IMG/VR virus record: IMGVR_UViG_2838114448_000008
Strand: one strand, 5' to 3'
From: an uncultured virus (IMG/VR IMGVR_UViG_2838114448_000008)
Taxonomy: Duplodnaviria > Heunggongvirae > Uroviricota > Caudoviricetes
DNA: 64,000 nt
Shown here: in pieces, positions 49,301-57,274 of the stretch
Position numbering within the stretch: the stretch's first letter is position 1
Layout of the letters: every line of letters begins with the position of its first letter
The notes under the pieces: generated by a model
Seen by the model: only the letters and a program-made list of their open reading frames with translations
The model's database searches: none
Told to the model about the DNA's origin: nothing
Translations under genes and position numbers: made by a program

Positions 49301-52059
49301 CCGTCATCGACCGGCGCCGGCTGCGCGACAACATCACCATCACCCTGACCGAGAAGCGCCGCCCCTATGTGAACTTGAACGAGGCCAGCAAGCGCAAGGT
49401 CAACGCGGTGCTCGAGATCGGCCGCCTCCACCAGTCCAACTACACGGACACCCAGCTGAGAGAGGGCGTCACGACGGCTCTCGAAGGCACATCCGCCGCC
49501 ACGAAGGGCACCGTCTACCGCCTGACCGATAAGGAGATCGCGGGCTACCGCGCCTACCGCGAGACCATGGATACGGCGCTGGACCTGTTCCGCGACCAGA
49601 TGATCGAGGAATGGGCCGACCGTCTGGGTGTGCCGAAGGCCGAGGTGGCGACCCTCAAGCAGATCGCCGAAAAGATCGCCGTCATGGAGGACGGGCCACA
49701 GCGGGACCAGTGGCGGCAGTTCTACGACACCATCTTCCAGATCGAGAACCAGAAGCGAATCGGGTACGTGCCGTTCAGTCGCTGGGGCACCATCGCCGTC
49801 AAGGTCACGTCCGAGACCGAGACGGAGCCTGTTCCCGGTGCCGAACCGGACCCGCAGACCGGAGAGGTCCCGACCCGGCCGAAACTGGTGCGCTGGGAGA
49901 AGATCGAGATCGACGGCATGGGCCAAGCCGCGCAGCGGGCTATCGAGGCCGCCTTGCAGCGCGGTGACGGCGGCCGGATCGCGCAGATCCCGGCCGTGCG
50001 CAAACGGCTCGCAGCGCTGCGCCGGCAGTACCCGGAGGGCGCGTTCAAGATCAACCCGCCGCGCGAATTGGCCGGCCCCCTCAACACCGAGGACGTCACC
50101 ATCGCCGGCATCGACGCCCTCGCCAACAACGCCGGCATCGCCCAGAACAAGGCCTACGGGGAAGTCCGGGACGCACTTGAGGATGCGATCCAGGCCCGCG
50201 GCTTCCGACGGCACTTCTTCCAGGCCCGCAACGTGCCCGGATACAGCGGCGACCTGGACCGGGCTGGCGCGGACTATGTCGTCGGGATCGCGCGCTACCT
50301 GTCCGACCGGCACTACCGCCAGCCGATCGAGACGGCGCTCGGCAAGATCGACCCGCGCCAGAAGCGCCTGAAGGACTATGCCGACCGCTACGTGGACTAC
50401 GTCGATCAGCCGCAGGAGGAGTGGCAGACGCTCCGCGCCTTCGCGTTCTACTACCTGCTGACCGGCTTCGGATCGGCCTTCGTCAACCTTACCCAGGTGC
50501 CAATCATCACCGCACCGTATGCCGCCATGTTCGAAAGCAACCCCGGCCGCCTCGCCTGGCAGTTCGCGCGGGCCGCCGGCGAGGCCATGGCGATGGTCAC
50601 GGTCAAGAACGGCTGGGAGGCCTTCGATCCAAGCAAGGCGCCAAAGGACGTGCGCGACGACCTCACTGCCGCGTGGCACGACGGCCAGATGTGGCCGCAG
50701 ACGTCATTCGAGGAAATGGCCCTCGCCCATCGCCGTACCCTGTTCCAGAACCTCGGGCACACGGCCGCATCCGATGCCGGCCGGATCGGCGGCAAGGCCC
50801 TGGGCGGCGCCTTGGAAACGCTGACCCTGATGTTCTCGTTCGCGGAGCGGTTCAACCGGATCGTGACGTTCATCGTTGGCCACCGGCTGGGGCAGAAGCC
50901 GGGGACGAAACGGCGGCTGGCCGAGATTTACGCCAAGAACCCGCTCGCCCGCTCCAACGTGGTGCTGGATCCAAGCCCGCGCGCGGTCGGGACGTGGCTC
51001 ATCGAAGAGACCCACTACCGCATGGGCAAGGAGAACCGCGCGGCCATCGGACGCGGACCGGGAGCCCCGATCACACAGTTCAAGGGCTTCATGATGCAGA
51101 CCCTGGAACTGTACGCCCGCATGGCGACCCGTCATGGCCCGGCCGGCCGGCGGGCGTTCGCTGGCATGATGGTCATGCTGCTGATGTCGGGGGGCGCGTT
51201 CGGCCTGCCTGGCGCGGACGACCTGAAGGATATGATCGAGGCCCTATGGCGTCAGTATTTCGGGGTCGACCGCGACTTCGAGACCGAGTTCCGCGAAGCG
51301 CTGATCGAACTGACCGACAGCCGCACCGTCGCCGAGGTGCTGGCGCGCGGCGCATCGCGGGCCACCCCGGTTGACCTGGGCCGTCGCATCGGCTTGGGCG
51401 ACCTGATCCCGACCGCTCAGCGCGACATGGATTGGTCTGATCTGGCCGGGCCGGCCGTCTCGACGGTCACGCAACGGGCCCGCCAGTTGGCCGTCGCCTC
51501 TAGCCGCGATGACTGGTCCGAGGCGATGGCGCTGGCCCTGCCCGCCCTCGTTCCGGCCTTCCTGCAATATCCCCTCCAGGGCCTCGTGACCTATCCGACC
51601 GTCGGCGTCGTCTCGTCCTACGACGGCATGACGCTGATCCGGCCGGAGGACATCCAGACCGACGATCAGATGTGGAAGGCCCTCGGCTTCACCTCGACCC
51701 GCCTCTCGCGCGAATGGGAGGCCCGGGAGGCCATCCGCCGGCGCGGCTCCGCCGTCGATGTGCTGCGCTCACGCACATACATGAAACTCGCCCTGGCTCT
51801 GGCGGAGCAGATGCAGGCCGAGGAAGCCGGCGACACGGCTCGCGCGGATGCCGCTGACCGACGCTACCGGGACGTGCTGGCCGCCAACGCCCTGCACAAC
51901 GAGGCCGTCCGCGCCGCTGGACGCGAGTGGGAAGAGGTGCATGTGCGAAAAGCCACCCTCATTCGCAAGGTCCACGAGCTGATCGAGGGCAAACGCCCCC
52001 AACTGCCCCAACGCCTCCAGGGCACCCAGGAGCGGACCGAAGCGGTGTTCGGCCACTGA
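43354..52059 (+). CDS. 2901-aa large polyvalent/internal virion protein
   Basis: GVQFGNW/AHEWWHALD/EMSARAFE (LPD1-like), HEAIH zincin motif, GDIDLVWG..GYGLAK..WLLTAFE (PBECR-like), YVPFSRWG (PLxRFG-like). Confidence 0.8.
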   Translation: MASDTDLSAFLDGQTDHLPPPEGAPSLDAFLDGETAHLPPPGGAASLDAFLDAGAPDTPLPPAPPETWLGWGREGLETGFSQAVRSFGIAAGRESTPDTIAEAYRNRGPVPEGLADIEARIAPAGDRLSEAAQRYREGWREPFSAVRPGEREDPPDADPPGTWVSRQLDLLRAAGGFVGAIGEAAVEDPKATSYVIGQGLGTSAPGVGAGLAGAFAGSLAGPAGSAIGGLGAMGATNTAMEMGLWVEGAVLERAQDLGLDPEDPASIRQAMQDETFVQNARAEGLRKGFTTAAVDTAISVVTGGVSRLVQPASHLGRAVKGGGMFAIETVGEGVSEEAGGYAATGEVDLTNAGMEMLGGAGAGAIHAGGIGLVERMTRPPPPPPGGDEEGSDTDTRAGAGEPPAPPPPLPPGPKPEPGARVTATIAGEESPILGTVESVDDQGGAMVRMADTGDLEPFDVRDLRPLSEADEIRTVLGENTLPPGSETSTPPSPAPDELDRVLNSDQPVDTIIADADGLPTGRQRVTLPSGETFEADVQPLPDGQIRAETSDGDVLVFGAEDGARFEPVDASPETPSRPEHPDTTVPAALQPDVDALINQGWDPLDARDEVMERAALRDDTPLPLDDIGAIEADDRAPSMPTPPAAPAFEGMQQGRRLTDAEIGLESAAAAEPETARDRLDAAIEDERAAEADLFASMNDQTIAAWTAASERRAAAQAALDPTPNPVAPDAGMSSRIPAMPGGGLRREAVGMGEMLNWDRPLDGATVSERPGAFEPQGSSVSQAPPSADHAAWWDSLSPDDRRRVVGGSGWKTRAGHLSQLGRKIASRLWDEHPDTVKATLARAMPPSGRGITLFGRNTASPDTPPSPPVQPPAQRSPRPSRRRAPKAPPLIDRLENYFRPGRIVRGYAGQDRVERFDRQPDGRWSVTVHHVDNDGNRAGRSRTHMTPPDDRALQAWERDNPLVAATDEPPTGGGAIETPPEWDAPDKAPRPSQTEQPAPDKASAPVPSRIEDFGEKLEGARKDYATKLRDAQAVDLIAEPLSKAWPEPDYQKLLDAGTDRTIVAFLRAARDAVPPKPRKSWKLKEWVRQVETLRNAANTMMDGDGQKIDQLMTELRRRRPLQSIFNAVELYEAVGHQKSLKGVRISRGQYSLYGGKEYNPPMVMWTIEREAKATAFGNWPHKLASGETREDAIDNFKANYATVETQPEAKKQITFDIYTRDVAGRAAAKNARWTIGKKIGRDRIDLKTFDTIQEARAYLTENQTELERLLAEARDIPNERRSTNSPRVGVDHRDGADVTPEQFTEAFGFRGVQFGNWVEGDRRQQDLNEAYDALMDLAGVLNVPPRALSLNGELGLAFGARGRGGKQPAKAHYEPDTIVINLTKKAGAGSLAHEWWHALDNYFSRRRGQSGYLTNAPYERPSYDAERNKVPDPTRPEMIDAFASVMRAIKQTSLSQRSRHLDKRRTKAYWATDIEMSARAFESYVINKLGDQGAANDYLANVVSEDAWTLEGGYPYPTAGEIPAIRAAFDHLFDVIETRETADGNVALFSTRHPTSPRAASLAYTEAVTADAVRLRRRLKAKLREMGLGDVDVVIANDIGGGTRNGFYWRGLIAVALDQGPDAAEATLDHEAIHALRRLGLLKGADWRALEQAARAEGWITKHRVAKRYPDLSAEQQLEEAIADEFRTRRAGKPHRHALVRRALNVIARILDRIREVFTERGMTAEDVFRRIETGRVRQDRRERQTGPRARPDESRTGPFGPVFTGYHHDAQGAIKRLLEEKTGEAVAALYHPEIGDIDLVWGLEGTGASNGYGLAKLARWHPEVLDDLQSILSDMRVEQRGGNRVRLASERYRAVVRLQWDNQAKNWLLTAFEKRRSGIGTTTGTAELSGGDDTARSTAASSHNVDQSTPGFQSPDESRRLPADTPTPDQAIRQGEAGLRDQRTTQGQGETLAHQLGRIRSYILHPRMIASRHAGFVPVYNAVIDRRRLRDNITITLTEKRRPYVNLNEASKRKVNAVLEIGRLHQSNYTDTQLREGVTTALEGTSAATKGTVYRLTDKEIAGYRAYRETMDTALDLFRDQMIEEWADRLGVPKAEVATLKQIAEKIAVMEDGPQRDQWRQFYDTIFQIENQKRIGYVPFSRWGTIAVKVTSETETEPVPGAEPDPQTGEVPTRPKLVRWEKIEIDGMGQAAQRAIEAALQRGDGGRIAQIPAVRKRLAALRRQYPEGAFKINPPRELAGPLNTEDVTIAGIDALANNAGIAQNKAYGEVRDALEDAIQARGFRRHFFQARNVPGYSGDLDRAGADYVVGIARYLSDRHYRQPIETALGKIDPRQKRLKDYADRYVDYVDQPQEEWQTLRAFAFYYLLTGFGSAFVNLTQVPIITAPYAAMFESNPGRLAWQFARAAGEAMAMVTVKNGWEAFDPSKAPKDVRDDLTAAWHDGQMWPQTSFEEMALAHRRTLFQNLGHTAASDAGRIGGKALGGALETLTLMFSFAERFNRIVTFIVGHRLGQKPGTKRRLAEIYAKNPLARSNVVLDPSPRAVGTWLIEETHYRMGKENRAAIGRGPGAPITQFKGFMMQTLELYARMATRHGPAGRRAFAGMMVMLLMSGGAFGLPGADDLKDMIEALWRQYFGVDRDFETEFREALIELTDSRTVAEVLARGASRATPVDLGRRIGLGDLIPTAQRDMDWSDLAGPAVSTVTQRARQLAVASSRDDWSEAMALALPALVPAFLQYPLQGLVTYPTVGVVSSYDGMTLIRPEDIQTDDQMWKALGFTSTRLSREWEAREAIRRRGSAVDVLRSRTYMKLALALAEQMQAEEAGDTARADAADRRYRDVLAANALHNEAVRAAGREWEEVHVRKATLIRKVHELIEGKRPQLPQRLQGTQERTEAVFGH

Positions 52060-52074
52060 GCGCGGCGGGACAAG
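52057..52074 (+). promoter_or_regulatory. Late motif copy 5 (degenerate) TGAGCGCGGCGGGACAAG
   Basis: 15/18 match; uses the stop codon of the giant gene; upstream of the lysis cassette. Confidence 0.55.
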
Positions 52075-52117
52075 CCGTAGGGTGACCGAAGACCACCCCA
52101 CGGAACCCGGCGCGCCC

Positions 52118-52447
52118 ATGACCACTCCGATCACCTTCGAAGTCCTGGGGACCATCCTGACCATCATCGCGACCACGGTAGGGGTGGCGATCTGGATCGT
52201 GACCGAGATCGCGAAGAGCCGGCGAGACTCCCAGGACGGGCGGCGGGAGCTGTATGCCCGGATCGACCAAAACATGCATGAGATCGCGGAAACCTATATG
52301 CGCCGCGACCTGCATGACGCCGAGATGCGAGCCGTCCAGCACTCCTTGCAGGAAACGAACACCATCCTGTCGAACATCACCAACCGCGTTTGCCCATTCG
52401 AGGCGCGCCCGGACCCAGGGGACCGTCCTTCGCAGGAGACACGATGA
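52118..52447 (+). CDS. Holin-like single-TM protein (alternative GTG start at 52082)
   Basis: VLGTILTIIATTVGVAIWIV TM plus coiled coil; precedes the endolysin. Confidence 0.6.
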   Translation: MTTPITFEVLGTILTIIATTVGVAIWIVTEIAKSRRDSQDGRRELYARIDQNMHEIAETYMRRDLHDAEMRAVQHSLQETNTILSNITNRVCPFEARPDPGDRPSQETR

Positions 52448-53097
52448 TGGTCGAGACCCCGAGCCTTTATTCCCACTACCGCGATGTGCCGGCCGGCTCC
52501 TGGCGCTGGCCGCATTTCAGCCCGGCCGAAATCGCCTGTCGGGGAACCGGGGAAATCCTGGTCCATCCGCAGGCGCTCGACGCGCTGGAAGCCCTGCGCG
52601 CTGCCCTGGGCGGCAAGCCTCTGATCGTCAACAGCGCGTACCGGTCCGCGACGCACAACAAGGCGGTTGGTGGCGCCACGCACTCCAAACACCGCGAGGG
52701 CACCGCCTTCGACATCGCGTGCGGCAACGTCCACCCGACCGTGCTGCGCGATGCCGCCATGGCCTGCGGCTTTCAGGCCGCCGCCTACTACCCCAAGCAG
52801 GGATTCGTGCATGTGGACCTGGGACCGCCCCGCTCCTGGGGCCCGGCGTTCCCGGCCCGACCGCTTGTGGATGGCGAGGACGACGAACGGTTCGCGGTCG
52901 AGAAGACCAAGCCCGCGCCCGGCAAAGTCTCGACCGCCGTTGGTCTGGGCACGTCCGTTGCCGGCGGAGGGGCCGCCATCCTGGAGCAGTTCGATGGCGA
53001 CCTCGCCAAGCTCGCCGTCGTGGCCTTGGTCCTGCTGGTCGGCGGCGCTCTCCTTGCGGCGTGGCGTCTGGGTTGGTTGACGGAGCGTGCGCGGTGA
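52444..53097 (+). CDS. Endolysin, peptidase M15 family, with C-terminal hydrophobic segments
   Basis: WPHFSPAEIAC, SAYRS..HN..VGGA..SKH..G.AFD, FVHVD. Confidence 0.88.
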   Translation: MMVETPSLYSHYRDVPAGSWRWPHFSPAEIACRGTGEILVHPQALDALEALRAALGGKPLIVNSAYRSATHNKAVGGATHSKHREGTAFDIACGNVHPTVLRDAAMACGFQAAAYYPKQGFVHVDLGPPRSWGPAFPARPLVDGEDDERFAVEKTKPAPGKVSTAVGLGTSVAGGGAAILEQFDGDLAKLAVVALVLLVGGALLAAWRLGWLTERAR

Positions 53098-53495
53098 TCG
53101 GCGCTATCGGGCTCGTCGCCCGTTTCGGCCCGGCCTTTGCCGTCGTCGGCGTGCTTCTGGCGGCGGCCGCAGGGGGATCGTGGATCACGTCGACCGTAGA
53201 CGAACGCGACCAACTGGAACTGGAGACAGCGGAGCAGCGCGAAACCATAGCGGCCTACGACGCCGCGCTGAAAAAGGCCGAGGCGGATCGGCGGGCCGTC
53301 GAAGCGGCGCTAGGCCGCGCTGCTGAGCAAACCGCGCGTCTCGTCTCCGACCGCGCCACCATCCTGGAGGACCTAAGCCATGCGACCGCTCCGGACTGTC
53401 CTGTGCCTGATGCTGTGCGCCGCGCCGTTGATCGCCTGTACTCCGGCGAGGGAAGTGGCTGGGCCGCCGACCGAGGCCCGCAAGCCGATCCCTGA
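53094..53495 (+). CDS. i-spanin (Rz-like)
   Basis: N-terminal TM, coiled coil, C.VPDAV. Confidence 0.7.
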   Translation: MIGAIGLVARFGPAFAVVGVLLAAAAGGSWITSTVDERDQLELETAEQRETIAAYDAALKKAEADRRAVEAALGRAAEQTARLVSDRATILEDLSHATAPDCPVPDAVRRAVDRLYSGEGSGWAADRGPQADP

Positions 53496-53694
53496 CGCGC
53501 TGATGGACTGCCCGGAGGGATCCGAGAGGCCGGATCGGATCGACATAGTGTCCCTGTCGATCACCCTGGCCGAGGAACGAACCGCCGGGGAAATCTGTCG
53601 CGCCAGGATGCGGGAAATCAGGGATCTGGTGACCCCAGCACCTCGGCGCGGCGGGCCCGCCCTGCCTCTGTCAGGCTCCACCGACCCTCGATAG
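53380..53694 (+). CDS. o-spanin lipoprotein (Rz1-like)
   Basis: Overlaps the i-spanin in another frame; LIAC lipobox; IPDALMDCP. Confidence 0.7.
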   Translation: MRPLRTVLCLMLCAAPLIACTPAREVAGPPTEARKPIPDALMDCPEGSERPDRIDIVSLSITLAEERTAGEICRARMREIRDLVTPAPRRGGPALPLSGSTDPR

Positions 53695-53824
53695 GGGGAG
53701 CCACCAGCCCAGCCCGCAAGGCCCTGACAGACAGCCATATCGGCACATCAAAGTCCAGGTGCCCGTCTTGATCGGCCCCCATAAGCCACAGGGTCACGGC
53801 GTGGTCTTCGGTCAAGCGTGTCAT
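53618..53824 (-). CDS. Small winged-helix-like protein
   Basis: ALRAGLV...WSLTEAGRAR. Confidence 0.4.
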   Translation of the reverse strand: MTRLTEDHAVTLWLMGADQDGHLDFDVPIWLSVRALRAGLVAPPIEGRWSLTEAGRARRAEVLGSPDP

Positions 53825-54311
53825 GATAGGCGGCCCGATGCTCTTCCCAGCGAATTCACTTTGTCACGCCCCCGCCCGCATTTCAACTCCCGCCGCGCGG
53901 GGCTCTCTCTTAGGTCGAGACCGGAAAAGGTCCGGCCGACGCGCACACTGACGCGCACCGTGACCGTAGATGGCGTCGCCGTCAGCCTCGATCATACGGT
54001 GGATGGCGCGGCGGTCGGGGTCTACATCACGCCACCGGATCAGACCGAGCCGGAGGTCCGCATCCTGTGTCACCGGCTTTCGGTGGCGCTGTGCCGGCTG
54101 ATCCAGGACCGGCCAGCGGACCTTTGACCTGCGCCCCGTCTAGGTACGCGGCGGGCCGCGATCAAGCGCGCCACGACGTCTTCTCTATAAGCGATCCAAG
54201 CCGCCAGCAACCGCTTCCGTTTCGCCCCGCCAACGTCGCCGATAGCCCGAAACAGCGATTAAACTGATAGCCATAGGTCGCAAATCGCACCTACCCACCC
54301 TTCTCCACATA

Positions 54312-54417
54312 TGGTATAATTGTTCGCGATATCGTGGCGACGGCTAATATTCTCAATCCCCATATCCGCGCGACGAGAGCAATCGAACCCAAATCGGTTG
54401 ATCTAAAGTCAACCGAT
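54312..54417 (+). promoter_or_regulatory. Moron promoter region: extended -10 TGGTATAAT (54312-54320) and inverted repeat ATCGGTTGA-N7-TCAACCGAT (54393-54417)
   Basis: Read directly upstream of the PRTase gene. Confidence 0.55.
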
Positions 54418-54461
54418 CCAAAATAAAAAAATCACGTCAGCAAAAAAGTGGGAAGTTTAAT

Positions 54462-55133
54462 ATGTCGATACCAAGCTGGACCCCTTTTGGTACAATGATG
54501 TATTTTCCTCGTCTGGATGCAAGCGGACACACGCTTCCTGTTTACACCATAGGGTGGCGCTTCACTGATGATGCCGATGAGTGGTCAAGGCGTTTCATTG
54601 GCTTTAAAAATGGCGAACGCGAACATTTGCGCGGCGCCGCCCGGGCCTTAAGGTACTGCATGCAGGACTTTGTGTATAAGAAAAAATTAAAAAAAGAAAG
54701 CACTGGATTATTAACCGCCATATATTCTTCAAAGACAAGGTCAGAAGAAAATTCTTCCTTATATATACTTGGAAAGTGGCTGTCGGCTCAGTTGGATGTA
54801 AAATTTCTTTCACATCACCTTACAAAAGAGGTGCACAGATCCCTTCATAGCTTGGGGTCAAGGTACGATCGAGATTCGGAGGTTTTTCAAAAATATAGAT
54901 GCACGAAAATTACTGGAGTAACTGATGTTATTATTTTAGATGATCTTGTTACTAGGGGCGCTACATTTAAAGATATAAGTCGATCGATCGAAAAAAGTAC
55001 GCCCGGAGTCTCAGTATACGGAATTGCTCTTGCCAAAAATGAGAGGGTTTCGTATGCTAAACAATGCGGAGCCTCCATAAGTAATGGTCATATACCGGAA
55101 AATATGAATAGGTTATGGATTGGAAGTAAATAA
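54462..55133 (+). CDS. Phosphoribosyltransferase-fold (ComF-like) protein, ShosT-like toxin candidate
   Basis: PRPP loop VIILDDLVTRGATF; AT-rich. Confidence 0.8.
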   Translation: MSIPSWTPFGTMMYFPRLDASGHTLPVYTIGWRFTDDADEWSRRFIGFKNGEREHLRGAARALRYCMQDFVYKKKLKKESTGLLTAIYSSKTRSEENSSLYILGKWLSAQLDVKFLSHHLTKEVHRSLHSLGSRYDRDSEVFQKYRCTKITGVTDVIILDDLVTRGATFKDISRSIEKSTPGVSVYGIALAKNERVSYAKQCGASISNGHIPENMNRLWIGSK

Positions 55134-56054
55134 ATGAGCTCCATTGTATCAAATGAAACCTACCGCATACTGAAACTTTCAGTGACACCGGGAGTTGGCG
55201 CAGCTTGTTTGCGTAAGATATCCTTATTTGCTCAGAAAAATGGAATCGAATCACTTTACAATGATAGAGATGTATACAAGTTTCTGCCCTCAAGAATAGA
55301 AGCGTATAACGCAGAGAGCTCAAGTACATCTGCGGACAAAATTCTTGTGTCCTGTGATGAAAACAATGTTCGTTTGATATCGTTTCTAGACCCCCTATAC
55401 CCTGCCGCATTAAAAAGTGTCCCCGACTTTCCAGTTCTCCTTTATATAAAGGGCGACGCAGCAGCCCTCTCGAAGGTTGGCTGCGCTGTCGTCGGAACGA
55501 GGCACGCAAGTAAGCTTGGGCTTAGCTGGGCTCGGCAAATTGCCTCACTACTTGTTAAGAACGGATTTTGCGTCGTTAGTGGTCTCGCGCTCGGAATTGA
55601 TACGGCAGCTCACGAAGGCGCTTTACAGGCTGGCGGGGCTACGGTGGCGGTCATGGCCCATGGTCTTGATAAGGTGACGCCAGCAAGAAATAAGAACCTA
55701 TCGACCCAAATAATTGAAAATGGTGGAGCCCTGGTTTCTGAACATGCTCCTGGAGTTCCGCCCCGAAAACAAGAGTATGTTCGTAGAAACAGGATACAAA
55801 GCGGCCTTTCTATATGCTCTTTAGTGGTAGAGAGCAGCGAAAGCGGCGGATCAATATATCAGGGCAAGTTTACATTGCAACAGAATAGGAAGTTATTTTG
55901 TATTATGCCCCCTGAAAATACACGCGGGGTATCCGACTTTCAGGCAGCGGGCGCGAGGAGGTTGATTAGAGAAGCGGGAGCCAAGCCGATTGGCTCGAGC
56001 GAGGAGTTGCTTTCGGCAATTAATTCCGCAGAGATAACCAACTCAATGAACTAA
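55134..56054 (+). CDS. DprA/Smf-family protein, ShosA-like
   Basis: AVVGTR, VSGLALGIDTAAH, RRNRIQSGLS; abuts the PRTase stop. Confidence 0.9.
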   Translation: MSSIVSNETYRILKLSVTPGVGAACLRKISLFAQKNGIESLYNDRDVYKFLPSRIEAYNAESSSTSADKILVSCDENNVRLISFLDPLYPAALKSVPDFPVLLYIKGDAAALSKVGCAVVGTRHASKLGLSWARQIASLLVKNGFCVVSGLALGIDTAAHEGALQAGGATVAVMAHGLDKVTPARNKNLSTQIIENGGALVSEHAPGVPPRKQEYVRRNRIQSGLSICSLVVESSESGGSIYQGKFTLQQNRKLFCIMPPENTRGVSDFQAAGARRLIREAGAKPIGSSEELLSAINSAEITNSMN

Positions 56055-56132
56055 AGCTCTTAGCGTCGTGGATGGCGTCCCAGAGCTCAGTGACGGTGCG
56101 GACGCCGCAGATGGAACCGCGTAAGCATTTGC

Positions 56133-56510
56133 CTACTTCGCAGCCACTCCCAATAGGAAATCGAGAAACCCCCGCCGCGCATCAGGCCGCAAGGCCCTGT
56201 ACGCCTCCAGGACTTCGCGCTCCTCGGGATCATCCGACGCCGCGGAGTTGCCACCTGCTAGCGGATCATGCTGTCCGAAGAAGGTAGAGACGGGAACGCC
56301 GAGAACACGGGCCGCTGAAGCCATGGCGCTGACGGTGATGATCACGCTGCCATTCTCCAGCCGGTGGACCTGAGCCGGCTGCATCCCCATGCGCTCCGCC
56401 ATGTCAGCCACCGACAGGCCCGCGCGTTCCCGCGCCTCTCGGATGGACTGGCCTATGTCGCGCTCCAAGGCAACGTTCCGCTGCCCACGGCGCCGCACGC
56501 TTTCATTCAT
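56133..56510 (-). CDS. XRE-family HTH regulator
   Basis: IGQSIREARERAGLS...MAERMG....VHRLENG. Confidence 0.8.
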   Translation of the reverse strand: MNESVRRRGQRNVALERDIGQSIREARERAGLSVADMAERMGMQPAQVHRLENGSVIITVSAMASAARVLGVPVSTFFGQHDPLAGGNSAASDDPEEREVLEAYRALRPDARRGFLDFLLGVAAK

Positions 56511-56585
56511 TGAAAGCCCCCCCTACTGTCACCCATTGATAGCATAGGGGCTGGTGGCGCTATAGCCTTTCTTTAGTTGTGTATC

Positions 56586-56607
56586 TCCCCTAACGAAAGT
56601 TAGGGGA
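56586..56607. promoter_or_regulatory. Perfect palindrome TCCCCTAAC-GAAA-GTTAGGGGA
   Basis: 9-bp stem upstream of the XRE gene; operator or RNA hairpin. Confidence 0.5.
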
Positions 56608-56719
56608 TCTCGCGGGACTCAAAACTTCAGCGATGGCTCGCCGCGACGGGCGGCTCGCGCCAAAACCACGACGGTCCGAAAAACGGGATTCTTAGCACTC
56701 GTCGGATCCTCGAACTGAC

Positions 56720-57148
56720 TCACCTTGAAACGCAGTACCCTGGCAGAGGCATTCGCTGCGCCTCGGGCTGCTCATCTTCAGCGTATCGGCCGCCGCTGAA
56801 ACGCGGGCAATCGCGCCCGAGGCCGGCGCGGACAAGGGCCGCCGCAATATCATGGTGATCGATCGAGCACACCCCGATCATTCGGTCGTATGACCTTTCG
56901 CCCGTCAGCGTGCAGGTGACGATCCGGCCGCCAACCAAGGTGCGCATGAACCGCGCTGCCTCAGGGCCGCCAGGGTCGGCCAGCTCCGGAGCATGCAAGC
57001 CCTGGAGTCGGATCGGCTGACCGGAAACCACAATCGTGTCGCCGTCGCGGACGTGCGTGACCTGACCGGTCAGTGTGTCGGTGGCGTAGGCGGAGGTCAT
57101 CATGATGATGGTCATAATGGTGGCTAGCTGGGCGGAGATACAATGCAT
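56720..57148 (-). CDS. Thermonuclease (SNase-like) with signal peptide
   Basis: VRDGDTI...IRLQGLHAPE...SYDRMIG; hydrophobic leader ending SAYA. Confidence 0.85.
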   Translation of the reverse strand: MHCISAQLATIMTIIMMTSAYATDTLTGQVTHVRDGDTIVVSGQPIRLQGLHAPELADPGGPEAARFMRTLVGGRIVTCTLTGERSYDRMIGVCSIDHHDIAAALVRAGLGRDCPRFSGGRYAEDEQPEAQRMPLPGYCVSR

Positions 57149-57248
57149 CGGCGGGACCTCATACTCGAAACAAATTGTGGTGGCCTCAATCCGGCCACCA
57201 CCTTCTTTCGGCATACTTCTTCGCTAATCGCAGCGAAAAACGGCACAA

Positions 57249-57261
57249 TAACCGATTGATT
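57249..57261 (-). promoter_or_regulatory. IHF-binding site in the attR arm (AATCAATCGGTTA)
   Basis: Matches WATCAANNNNTTR, 13 bp inside the att core. Confidence 0.6.
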
Positions 57262-57274
57262 TTAGGAACGAACC

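Noticed and set aside
53759..54290. Small + strand ORFs or a structured ncRNA after the lysis cassette
   Set aside because: Start sites are uncertain and I could not support a family or a consistent fold.
55134..56054. Housekeeping competence dprA marking the end of the prophage
   Set aside because: AT-rich, paired with a PRTase and located inside attR, so it is prophage cargo.
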